Shown: in pieces, positions 1 through 12,149 of the stretch | Layout of the letters: each line of letters starts with the position of its first letter | How positions within the stretch are numbered: the first letter of the stretch is position 1 | Notes under the pieces: model-generated | The model's database searches: none | Told to the model about the DNA's origin: nothing | Seen by the model: the letters and a program-made list of their open reading frames with translations, nothing else | Made by a program: the position numbers and the translations under genes | Source: the human T2T-CHM13v2.0 reference genome, Homo sapiens | Direction: 5' to 3' (one strand) | Length of the DNA: 64,000 bases | Assembly: GCF_009914755.1 (NCBI RefSeq) | Contig: NC_060932.1

Positions 1-2024
1 CTCTTAATACCTTTTTCATCAGGTACAGAACAAATGATTTTTACCAGAGCTTAATTTTCATGGGATCTCTTAGGCACCTTGAGTGGAGAGGCAGAAGAAT
101 TATAGAGAAAGAAAAGCTTGGCAAATGAACCCTTTCCCGGCACAAGGAGACTGGTTCAATATTATGAGCATTTCCACCCAAACCCTACTTGATCCATAGA
201 CTCTATTGCCTAACGCCCTCCTCTCCAAAACCCCTGCTCCCATTGGTATTTCCCAAAAAGCAATAAAACACATAAGGAGCACTAGAAGAGTTCAAGGACA
301 TTGAGCTACATTTTAATCCATAAAAACACAGGAAAACAATAAACAAAAATACCTTAATTCTTTGCCATAATCTCAACACAGCTAGTTCCTTGCAGTATTT
401 CTAAACAGCTTCCTTAAGTGAAAGAGAAGCTTGTGTCAACCTAAAACACTCAATCACTAATTACCAAGATTAAAAATCCAAATACAGATGTGTTTTATTG
501 TGTATATGTTATGTTTTAGGCATTTCTAAAACTTAACCTTCATTTAAAAAAAAAACTACCACACTGGCAGTGCTGAATACTTCCTTTTCAACTTATAACA
601 AACATCCATGAACCTCTGGGATTTAAATAGTTTAACACACACACTCATCTTTGGAGCTTTTGTGAAATTCTCTAGAATACTCTGCTTTGTCACAAGTGGT
701 TATATAAGCAGATAGGCTTTCTGGGTGAAAAATTGATGTCTAAGCCAAAATGGATTTCACAACATATGTACCAAAATGCAATTAGTTAAAGGAAATATTG
801 AACTAAGAACTATAGGAAATAATTTTAAGGGAAAAGTTTCATTCAGAAGTTTGATTTTCTTTTGTTTCCAAAAAATGAGATGTTTTATTACGGTATATAT
901 AGAAATACATTAGGGGCATTTAAATGCAATATATGTTAAACCTAATGAAAATTTTTGATTAAAAATTACTTTTGGTATACTCATGAAGTATTTAAATGAA
1001 AGAATCAAATAAACGTATATCATGTGAGGTTCTAATTTTCTAAATATAACTTTGAGTCTCTAGTGAGCTGAAAGTTTATAAATAAATAAGTGCTAGGCTG
1101 AGTCGCTCCACATAAGTCTTAGATCTATACAAGTAACCAGAATTCTCTGGCAACAGGCAGATCATGGGGGGCAAGTCAAATTTCTATCAGTTTCTTTTTA
1201 CCTTCATTCCATCATGAAAAACAACACTAGTTTACTTTTAGATAAGACAGAAAGTAGTATGTATTAAGGCAACATTCAGCAGAGTTTACATTTAAACTTC
1301 ATAATAACCTATTTCTACTGTATTTTGTCAGATCGTGTTCATATAAATTCAAACTGAATTTGACAAATTCTGTCAAGAGGGAAAAAAGGTCTGAATTATA
1401 TGTATCTGCCAGGAAGAAACATAAATGCAAAAACTGAAATGTTTCCAGATAAATTCCCCAGACTGTATATACTTTTCATTTTGTAATCATATGTTTTGTA
1501 ATCTCAACTTCATTTGGATAAAGATGCACAAATTTTAGCAAGATATTTGTTACCTTCTGTAGTGGAGATTTATTAAAATGTATCTTTTTTTTGAAAAAAG
1601 AATAAATCTGTCCAGGTGGCTTTTTTAAGGTAAAAAAAAAATTCCAGAATATACATGATTTGCATACCTATGAAGTAATTTTTGTGATGTGCTAAATCTG
1701 TCGTAAAATTTTTAGGTTTCTGTTAGAGATGTAAATATTTTCTTTAAAAATACAAGTATGTATGTATTGTCCCAGAAAAAAAGTACTTGGGAATAACAAT
1801 GATTTCATAAAGATTTAACAAATTTAACCAAATTTAACAAATATTGCTTCCATGGTAAATAATATCAACAAATAACATTTCTCTATTTTAAACATTTGCT
1901 GAATATAATGTTTATGTATTATTCTTTCTCCTTTGAATAATGTGGAAGGTATTCCAATTTCCATACAAATTCACTGGAATATTTAAGGAAATGTTATTGC
2001 AATGCTATTTACTTAGTTTCTTAG

Positions 2025-2088
2025 CAAAAGAAAAAGAGAGAGAGAGAGAAGCAGAAGAGGAGGAGGAGGAAGAAGAAAAAGAAAGAAA
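2025..2088. repeat. Purine-rich low-complexity tract (GA/GAG/GAA)
   Basis: aaaagaaaaagagagagagagagaagcagaagaggaggaggaggaagaagaaaaagaaagaaag; it explains the E/K/R-rich spurious ORF 1940-2134. Confidence 0.9.
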
Positions 2089-4349
2089 GTATTTAGAGTC
2101 TTTAAGTGTGCTGAAATGGTGTGCTGTGCAATGATATATGTACACATTCAATGTATTACATATTATTTTAAAGCTTTTATCTATTTATTTGATAAAACTT
2201 AATCAGAGATATTCTGTGAAAGACAAGTCCCATTTAGTAGGTACCTTTAGTTTACAAATAAACATGTATATACAAATGGAATATTGCCTCCTTTAAGCAA
2301 ATTAGGAAGTCAACCAAAATAGCAAAAGGAAAAACATGACATAAAATTGTCATGTCCCCCAAATGAATTTGTTGAATGAATACATTGTGTGTATCCACAC
2401 TCTAAATGCTTTTCTGAAACAGTAGAGCTCTCCATAGCAAATATGTTTTTTAAAGCATAATCTTGTGAAAACAGTGCATGTTAGGTGACACACTGGTATG
2501 TAGTAAACAGATAACTACTTGTTTTCTGAATAATCTTACTTGCTCATTTGGGAAACAATTCATAGAAGAAATATTCATTGTTCTTATGCATAAACTTTAA
2601 AAATAATTTACCACAATTGGCCAAATTATTTTCAAAGTATAAACAGATAGACAAGAATACTAAACTTTCCCCTGCCTACATTTGAGAGTTTGTCAGCAGT
2701 CAACTCCAAGGCCTTTAATCCCAGGCTTTAAATAATTCAGATAACACTTGATTACTCCATTGCAAGAACCCTTGAGCTCTGCAAAATCTGAGTAACACAA
2801 TATTTTCCACATTAAAAAAAGGCCAATCTTAAATAGTAGGCATCAGACCAAAGTATGCAACTCATTTTTGCATTTACTACATAAACTCTGGTAAATATCA
2901 GTGTAGTTTGCTACCAAGTAATTCTGCATTCTTGCTTTCATTACCAAGCCCTCTAGTTCTACAGCTTAATTTGCTCAACTCAGAATCCCCCATCCATACT
3001 TGTTCTGGTTTTAAAGGCTTCTTTGAATCATAACAAGTAAAATGGTTAGTTATGTTACTCAGAAACTCAAAAGTGTACACAAACGAAAATTTAAACTTAA
3101 AAGAATACTGTTTTGACATTCATTTCTATTTCTTTAGGAAAATCATTGTTTTATATCTTTTGACAACCAAGATTCAATAACTGCTGCCTCCGTTACTTGT
3201 AAACATCAGCCATTACAAAAGAGCTTTGCTCACTTGGCTAAATTACAACCTGAGTAATGTGAAACAGACAGAATAACCAAGAAATATTGGCTTCCAACCC
3301 CAAATCAAAAAGCAACAAAATTTTGCCATCAAAAATGTCTAGCTGAGTTCTAAATGGATTAAACTCATCCATAAAACTGACGTAGGTAGCACTTCACTTT
3401 GATGTATAGTAGGGTCCATATATGTCTGAGCATGTGTTCATAATTATCATGTAACCAGATAAATAAAAGACACAAAATTAGGTTACAAACATCAAATAAG
3501 CTCTGTAAAAATTATCAAAGTTGAGCAAAGAACCCACTGACTTTAGTGGTATGGAACATTTTTAATCAATTTCTTCTCTCAAAGTAAACTCATCATATCC
3601 TTTCCCCTCAATCCTTGTCTGAGCATAGGAATAATCAATTTCTCTTCACTCTAGCAAGCAAGTTTAGTTTTTTCATATATCTGGCCTGAAACAACATGAA
3701 GTAGAAAATCTACAGATTGCATTCAGTATCACCAATAAGTACCGCATTTGACTACTGCTCATACCATTTGGAAACCAGTCCTCACATGACGACTGGCCTG
3801 ACACCTCATCCATCAGCAGGGTGCCCAGAGCAGAGTTGGACAGTCTTCCTTGCTCCATCTCCAGAGGGGAGGCCCAGTTGGGAAACAGGATTCTCTTCCA
3901 ATAGCAATTAGATCTTTAAGATCAGGCCTCAGCAACATGACCTAAAGCCATCCTTTCTTGCAACAAAGTCTCCAGCATCTTCAGAGGAAGAGACCGGGAG
4001 TGAGGCAAATGAGGAGAAATCCAGGTCTCCGTGGCCTGATTAGAAACTTTGTTGTGTCAAATAAACTTTGGCCACTGGAGGAAAGTACCCCATGGTTGCT
4101 CTGGCTTTAGAAAGATCTGTCCAGGGCTTCTCAATCTTCTTTTCACCCCTCTCTCTCTCACTCCCTCTCTCTCTCCCCTCTTCTCTTGTTTCAAAAGGGG
4201 CCTCTGGTCAGCGCTGATTAATAAGTGTTTTTTGTTGTGAAGTGTTGAATAATAGAGGATGGCCGGTGACCCAGTAAGGACTAAACCTTGCGCTGGTTTA
4301 TTGTGGCAAGCTGAGAAAGGGGCTTTAGGCCCGGGACCCCAGGCACTGA

Positions 4350-4648
4350 CCCGCACACATCCCGCGGATCGCCTATTCATTCGCACAGCCCTCCAGTCGC
4401 CCAGGCTCCCATTGTTTGCTGAGCAACAATGGAGATTTCGCAGGGAAAGTAAAGCTCTTTTCAGATTCCTCTCTGATGTTTTGCATTTAGGGAAACACCG
4501 ACCTCCACTTTTTCCCCCGACATTTTCCCTCCTGGCATTTAAAGCTGTTCGTTTTCGGGGAAACTTCTGTGAGTTTCGCGCTTGTTCGACCAACACCAGT
4601 GTTAGGAGGAGGCGAGACCGGTGGAAAAAGGAGAGCCACAGAGATTTC

Positions 4649-4695
<47 letters not shown>

Positions 4696-6920
4696 GCATT
4701 TAGAGGACGGGAGCTGCCTCTAGGGAGAAAGGGGAAGGGGGGAGGGGAGAAGAAAAAGGAAAGAGCGCGTTTCCTCGCCGGGGTTACCGGGGTGGCGCGG
4801 GCTTCGCGGCCGAGGGGCTGCCGGCCCGGCCCGCAGCTCCTCGCGGCCGGCTGGGAAGTGGCGGGTCCGGCTAGTCCGCGGGCGGGCGGAGCGCGCCGTC
4901 GCTGCCAGTGTCCCCCTTTAACATTCCTTCCCCGAGCCTTTCCCTGCTCCTCCGCTCTCCGAGCCCGGGGCGGCCCCGCAGACACCAGCGCCTCTATCCT
5001 GCGCTCCTTGGCGTACGCAGCCGGGCGAGGTCGCGGCGGGAATGGGCGCCGAGGCCCTGCCCGCCAGGGCCGCATCTGCGGCCCGAGACTTACTTCTGCT
5101 TTGCTTTCCTGCACCTGGCCCGGGGCAGGCTTTCTAGTTTCTGCCTCGGCCAGAGGAGCCGACTTCCGCAGGACGGGCTTGGGGCAGGGGGTGCCGGTGG
5201 GGGCAGCGGGGCGAGGCGAGGTCGCAGGGAGACGACCAGGCCTGCTTGGGCCTGGGCCGCTCCAGCCGCCTCGCCTCTTCAGGGACCTCGCCCCGGGACC
5301 ACCCGAGCGGACCCACAGCTTCTGAGGAAACAGCTGCCTCGGGCCTAAGGGTCTTTGCTTACCCCCAACGCATGCAAGCGTGGGTCGCCAGCCCAGCATG
5401 TCTGGCGTGGAGGCCGGAGGAGGGTGGGGAGCTGGCGGTGCCCTATGGCCAGACGAGTGAAAGTCGGTTAGTGTTTTATGCGCCTGGGGGAGGCGAAGGG
5501 CGCGGGCTTGCGGGGCCCGGGCTGCGAGTATTGGGAGGGGGCGCCTCGTGAGGCCGTGCGAGGCCGCCCTCCCCGGCAGGCCTCGTCCACGCCCTTGTGG
5601 CCTCCCAGACCCGCTGCGCTTTGGCTAGGCGTCCCTACGCGCCTCCGCCTTCTCCAGGTGCACGCCTGGGCGCGGAGCTAGGCTGAGCCCCCAGCGAGGG
5701 GCGTGGGGCGAGGGGCGAGGGGCGAGGGCGTGGGCGCCACGCAGGCCGCGGAGCCTGGTGGGCGGCGTGAAGCGTGCACTGCGCCTGCCTGCCCGGTCCC
5801 AGCCTGCCGCCCAGAGCTCCCCGACCAAGCCTTGACAGCTCTCGGAGCAGCGAGAAGAAGAAGAGGAGGAAGGACACAAAGAGGAGGAGGCGGCGGCGGG
5901 CGGCGAACTGAGGGCAGCTCAGGGGGAGGAGGACTCATTGTCCGGTCCCCCCAGTCCAATTGATATGCTAATCTCTTTTCTGATGCCACAACAAAGAACA
6001 CCTTTGCACTTTTAAAAGACTTTTGTGCCCTGGCTACAGAAGTTTATTATCCACTAATTAGCAACAACTTCTGGCAACGAGTTGGGTTACATTTTCATAA
6101 GTTCCAGGCCTGAGCGACGAGGTGCGCAGGGCAGGAGGAGGTTTGAGAGCAGGGCAAACCCGAAACCTGGCGCTAGAAAGGAATCACCCGCTCACTTTCC
6201 TAGGCATAGGGCGCCAGGCGGGGATCGAAAGCGAAAAGTGTCCGGAAAAAGGTTCTTAAGGCTGGGGATGGGGTGAGGTGGGGTGGAGTTGATCGATTTG
6301 GGCCCAGGGTGGCTGATGACCTTATTGGACCCGATTCTGTGATCCCCATCCCGAGAGCTGCGCGGAGGCGGAGACTGTGGCTGCCGTGCAGGTGTCCCGG
6401 CCCAGCCATCTGTATGGGGTGGGGGTGGGGTGAAAGTCTTGGACTAATGTTGGGGTGCTTGCCTGTGATCTCTCTCACGTTTTCCTTTGAGGCCTCCACT
6501 CGGAATAAGCCGCCGGCGAGGGAGCGGCCCATTCGTGGGAAACGCGCCCACCTCTTGGGTTCTTTCCTAAGGCCTCCCCACCAACAAGGCTGAAATTCCA
6601 AGGCCCTGGAAGATGAGGCAAAGCTAGCATTGCCAGAGTCGGGGGAGAGGGGAGGATGCTGGGTAAAGTGCCCACCCGGGGTGGTCTAAAGTCGTCACCC
6701 CACAGAGCAGATTCTGCTGCTAACCAGAGCAGAGAGCCGCACCTTCCCAGCGGCGGGCCCCAGTGCGCACAGCGTGACTTTGCCTCCCCCAGGCTCAGCA
6801 AGTCGTTGACGATCTTTAGCAGTCCCGCATCCCAGGTCAATAAACTGGAAACGGATAGAATGAGAATCATGGATGAGAGATAAAGGGCAGCGGGGTGATG
6901 CGCATTTCTTGTAGTGCCTC
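4350..6920. promoter_or_regulatory. Upstream CpG island (promoter-type)
   Basis: Very high GC and CpG density against the AT-rich flank (1-4000); GC boxes; EGR-type GCGTGGGCG at 5728-5736. Confidence 0.85.
4651..4692. repeat. (GT)21 microsatellite
   Basis: Perfect GT repeat of 42 bp. Confidence 0.98.
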
Positions 6921-8540
6921 CAAAAAACCGTGGTCTCTCGCCGCTAATAAAACACCCTTGTGGTGAGGCCTTTGGTCTGGTCTCAACTGCAGAGATGTTT
7001 TGTCTTAGGTAATTCGAGCCCCCAAATCCAGCACCTTGGGATTATATTATACACACACTTATATTCTTTCTGTATTTTTTAAAATTCTTCTTTCATTTTT
7101 GGTTTGCTGCTTTTTGCAAACGACCCGGTTGGAGATATTGTTGGATATTTCAAGCAGATGTCAGGTGGGTGTTGGCGGCCTGTGAGTCCTCCTGCAGTAG
7201 CAGCAGCAGCCAAGTACGGTTTGATAAATGCTCAAGGTGAAATGTGGCCTTACTCAAAACCCCAGGGTGATTTAGGGTAGAAGAGCGAATATTCAGAGGC
7301 GGGAAGTGGTGAGTTATATTGTTACATTCCCTTTCGATGGAACTAAATGCGGTTATCTGCGGTCCTAACCTCTCTCGCATCGGAGTGCAATGTTTCTGAA
7401 CAAGCTCTGTTAGAACTGGAAAATGGGAGGGGGTGAGGGAGCCCACTGACGACTTAACGGAATCTTACTGAAGAAAATACAAAGATAACCGAGATATTCA
7501 TGATATTACATCTCATGATCTTCCAGACAAGCGTCTCTCCGGAACAAGAAAATATTCCCAAATTTCTCCCTAGCAGTGGCCTTGGGTGGAGTGAGGGAGG
7601 AGGTGGGTGGTGAGTGTAGAGAAGAGAAGGTCTCTCTCTGTTGTCACCCTCAGCCCCCTTCATTGAGGAGGAACAATGGCCAGGCCTGGAGTTCTTCCTG
7701 AAAGAGAAACTGCAGGAAGGCAGAGTTGCTCTTTGTACCCCAGCCCCTTTAGAGGAGGGGGAGTCATACACAGGATCCCCCTGACCACTGGGCGGTGTCC
7801 GGGAGATCAGAACCCCTCAGATACTCTGGGAGCTAAAAAGGCGCCGCCCTGTCCTCCCAGAAGTCCCACGCAGTCGCTGGAAGAAACCCAAGCAAAACCC
7901 AGCGACCTCAAAATTCGCCAGGGGGATAAGCGGGGAGAGGAAAACCACTCACTCTCACATGCCCTGTCAGTCCCCCCACGCCACCATCCCAATGTCTGAT
8001 CAGGCTTGATTCTGCTGACGTGTGTATTTCAGATTAAGGATGTATTTATTTATTTATTTATTTATTTAATCCTTCAGATCTTCCCACCCCATAAAAGAGA
8101 CTTAATTCCTTTCCAGGGCGACGGGTTGATAAAAGGCTCCATTTTAAAGCAATGGGGGAATCATATGACTGTGACCTTGACATGTGAAAGGGGGGAGGGG
8201 CAGGTAGTTTGGGGCCCAGACCTTAGGCCTCTGCAATTCTGGGGCGTTCTAGGCCCTTGATAAGAACATCAACAAGAGGGATTTATTTTCAAAGGTTACC
8301 ATTAGCAGTTCATTCACTAAAGTTGAGAATTCGGTATTTTTATATTACGTGAAATACATGATTTAATTATACTCCAAAAACAAATTAAGGACAGGCCTTC
8401 TACACAAATTGGAGGCAGCTAAATGCTCTTTTGTGCCTGCAGCCCTCGGGTTGTTAAAGAGGCTGCTGATGCATGAGAAGTAAGTGACTGATTTAACTCA
8501 TTGGGATGCAGGAAGCGACCTGCCCTCTTTTGAAAAAAAG

Positions 8541-8680
8541 CGAGAGAGAGAGAGAGAAAGAGAGAGAGAGACTTCGAGCTTGAGAGAGGGAGGGGAGAGG
8601 AGAGGAGGGAGAAGGAAATGACAGAGAGAGAGAGAGAAAGGAGAGAGAGAACGCAGAGGGAGGGAGGCAGGGAGGGAGAC
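8541..8680 (+). repeat. GA-rich polypurine tract at the probable host-gene start
   Basis: About 140 bp of near-pure purine (GA)n/GGGA sequence directly before a CpG-rich segment. Confidence 0.9.
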
Positions 8681-8929
8681 CAAACCCCCGCTTTACTGCG
8701 TTGAAAGCTTCTGAATTTCAAGCAGAAAGTAGAAGGAGCTCCAAAGGCAGTGAGCGTCTTTCCTTGGGCTGCGTGTGCCGAGCGTAGACAATGAAAATCT
8801 TCATCCCCCTCCCCCATTCTACTAGGCTACAAGATTCTTGTTTTCGTTCCTTCTCACCGGTGGAAGATGTGTAAAATCAAAGATGTAGAGGTGTGTAGTG
8901 ATTTTTTTAAAAGCCAACTAACCACCGCA

Positions 8930-9960
8930 CGGACTGCGACGCGGATTACCCGAGCGCACGCCGGCTGTAAGTACCATCCTTTCCTGCGGTAGCCGGGCTC
9001 TGCGTCCCCGGCTGGGCTGGGAGTGTTCGCTTTGTGAATCGGGTTGTTGCTTGTGTTTTGGTGTTTTGGTTCACAGGGGCTTCTTCGAAGCTTACACTTT
9101 TCGCACGTGAGCGGGAGAAGCGTTTCGCCGGTTGTGGGCGTGCAGAACACGATCCTGGTTGACTTTGATGCGGTGACTTGGGGTGGCGGGCGGGGGGCGG
9201 CGGGAGGCGCGGAGTCGAGGAGTTCCCGCGTCGCGAGCATGCTTGAGAGCCGCCGGCTCAGCTCCGGGCTGTAAGGTTGGTTCCTGGCAATGGATGGAAA
9301 TCAGGTCACAGAGATCCCTAAGCTTGCCAGGCTCTCAGACACGCTTGGGAGACAGAATGGAATTGGAAGGAGGGATCTGAAGAGGAGGGAGGGGATCCGT
9401 GTTCCCCCACCCCGGGCCTAGAATGGAGCCCCGGCCAGCCGCGGGCCGGGCCCCTTGGTTTTCAGGACTTATTCTTGCCGGGGTTGGCTCGCACGCCAGC
9501 ATCGCGCCTTCGGTGCGTCTTTTATCTCCATCTCAAATATGGGATCTTCTTGGGACGAGGACTGAATGAGGGTGGGAGAGAGGGTGTGTCTCACGGCGCC
9601 CAGGAGGGAGAAATTGTGGTTCTGAGAAGGTATTTTTTGGCCTCTTGAAAATGTGCAAGAATTCCGCGGGCCCAGGCTTTCTTTGTGTGGCGGGCAGCGC
9701 CAAGCGCTTTGTGCTTCACAAGGAGAAAATGGCGAGTCCTATTGTGTTTAGGCCATTTTCTTCCGGTACTAGGATTTTCCCAAGTTCGAAATACTTCTTG
9801 AGAAAGTAGCCTTCTCGTGCCCAAGAAAGTGTGAATCGCTGAGGCTCGGCCCCATGGCCTGGCGTGGGTGCTGACCTCAGTTTAAAACCAAGGGCCTGTT
9901 TTCTTACCGTTGGGGTACTTGTATCAAAGCACAGATATGACCGGTTTGTGCGGATCGGTG
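8930..9960. promoter_or_regulatory. CpG island over the first exon/intron of the host gene
   Basis: Dense CpG and GC-rich. Confidence 0.75.
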
Positions 9961-12149
9961 TCCTCCAAAGATCAACAGCGGCTCTTGGGGTTTGGAAAAA
10001 TAAGTGTCTATTTATATATGCATATATACATATATATAAAAAACATATTTTTCCTGACAATGTGAAGGAGAAAATAAAAAACGAAGGACAATTACGTTTT
10101 TGAAAGAGGGAATATTTCTTTCCCTTTCTCCTTTCTCACGCTCGAGGAAACCCCAGGAGATGTTAAATGTTACTCTGCCGGGTCAGTCTCTTATTTTTTA
10201 AACTGAAGATGAAATGCTATTTTGGCTAGAAGAATTATTCCGCATCTTAGCCACTGGAACATATGCTTTGCTACAAAAAAAGTGTAAGGTGTTAGAGATG
10301 GATTTAGTTTAATGCTCTTAGCGTGTGTGTGTGTGTGCGCTATCTATATGCCTCTATATAGTGATGTAAATATGGAGAGAGAGATGATTGAAAAGGTTGT
10401 TTAGCTTTTGCCCCTGAATTTGTCATTTTTGTAATTTTTCTGCACTTGTTAAACCATATGTAAAAGTGGACAAGGATTCCTGTACAACAATGTCTATGTC
10501 TCTTTTGAAAACCGCCAAAAAAGTATTGCAGGTTGAAAGATATTATTTCCTGTTTACTACAATTATTTGGATCTTTAAATGGAGTGGTGGTTTTGTGAGC
10601 TCAAAAATAATGAAATGCAAACTATCTGCTTCCTGTACATTCAATTTGGTGGCAAATATAGAAAAATGAGAACAACTGGGATGAGGAAGAGAACCTAAAG
10701 CCTATAGCATTTCCCCCTTTTGCTATCATTTTAAATGCTAGGGAGTCTAATTTGTGCAGAAGCATTGTGACTTTCATTTTTCAAAAGGTAACACTAGCAT
10801 GTCCTTTCATGTGGATCAAGACCATGGACAGCGAACTAATATTAAATCACTGAGCAAAAAAGGACTCTAATAAAATTTTGAGACCTGAGTGAAAGTTTAC
10901 ATTCAAAGCATGTTAGAAGTCAAAAATAATCTTTATGGTCTTTAAAAGGAATTAGACTGGTAAAATGTGGCATTTCAAACTTATTCTACCAAGTTTCAAA
11001 GAAACAATGATTATGTGTTCAGTTTTTACCCTGCCTCAAATAGTATATATTACTTATCCAATTAAAATAAGATAAAGCCCACCTTTTGGTACTGGTAAAT
11101 ATAAAATTTAAAACTATCAGTTTTAGATGTAGAACGTTTTTTATAAGGCCTTGAAACAGAATGGGGATGGAGAAATTTTACTATTTTAGACTGGCATTGG
11201 CTGAATGACACTACAGAAAATTAAATTGATTTTTATCAGTGAATGAATTTCTAAATGCATAAAATTGGGAAAATTAAATGCCACTTTGATAGACAGGAAT
11301 AATATGAATGGAGATATAATCCGGCTATTCCTTCTACTCCCGTGTAGGCATTGTACTCTATAACTGACAGTGCAATGTTGTGAGCAAGCATTTATTTTTT
11401 TTCCAAGAAAGTCACAGATTTTTTCATATATACTGATTAGATTTGGGACACAGGATTGGTTCAGTGTGGGTCTGTGCTGGAGATCAGCTTATTTTGTTTT
11501 ATACATTGTTTGAATAGTCTTTACTCCTTTACAGAATTAAAATTCATTTAAAACCATTTCATTTGTGGATTACATAACTTATTCAAAATTGCTCATTTAA
11601 ATTTCCAGTTTGATGTGTCTTTTAGCTTATTTCATAACCTGACTTTAGTGTGACCTGTAAAGGCCTGGAAAATCATATAAAGCAAAAACAATATGCAGGT
11701 TAGAAGAATTAAAATAGTTCATAATTAAAATTAAGTTAAAATTACATCATTTAAAAGGACCTTGGAGTTTATAAATAAATTAATTTTTGATCTTTATTCA
11801 TCAGATTTGGCTATAAAATGAAACTGCAGTTCTTTGAATGTGCAGGTTGCTGGAATTAGATGCTACATATATTTTGAACACACATACTTATTTTAATATT
11901 TTAGTTTTAGACAACGTATTCAAAGTACTTGAGAAGAATATGCAATGACATTTTTTCCGTGTCCTAATCAGGACCATGGTGAGGTCCCCGTGGTTCACCG
12001 AGTGGTGGTCCAGGGCTCTGGTTGGGACGCTGAGTTAGGTTGGCAAAGCGTCATTGTTTTGAAAGGCACATTCGTCCGGAATGGCATTCGTGATAAGATT
12101 AAACATAAACCTAAACCTTGGCCTCGGGGGAAGGCAGGCTGCGGGGTTG

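Noticed and set aside
4057-6883. Long overlapping ORFs (up to 265 aa) in the CpG island
   Set aside because: They occur in several frames on both strands, are low-complexity R/G/P/A-rich or microsatellite-encoded (VCVC/HTHT), and show no recognisable domain; this is expected from stop-codon scarcity in GC-rich DNA
7028-7046. RE1-like CCAGCACCTTGG
   Set aside because: Left half only; the GACAG right half is missing
11967-11987. RE1-like ATCAGGACCATGGTGAGGTCC
   Set aside because: Mismatches fall in the critical GGACAG core; it is equally readable as splice-site-like sequence
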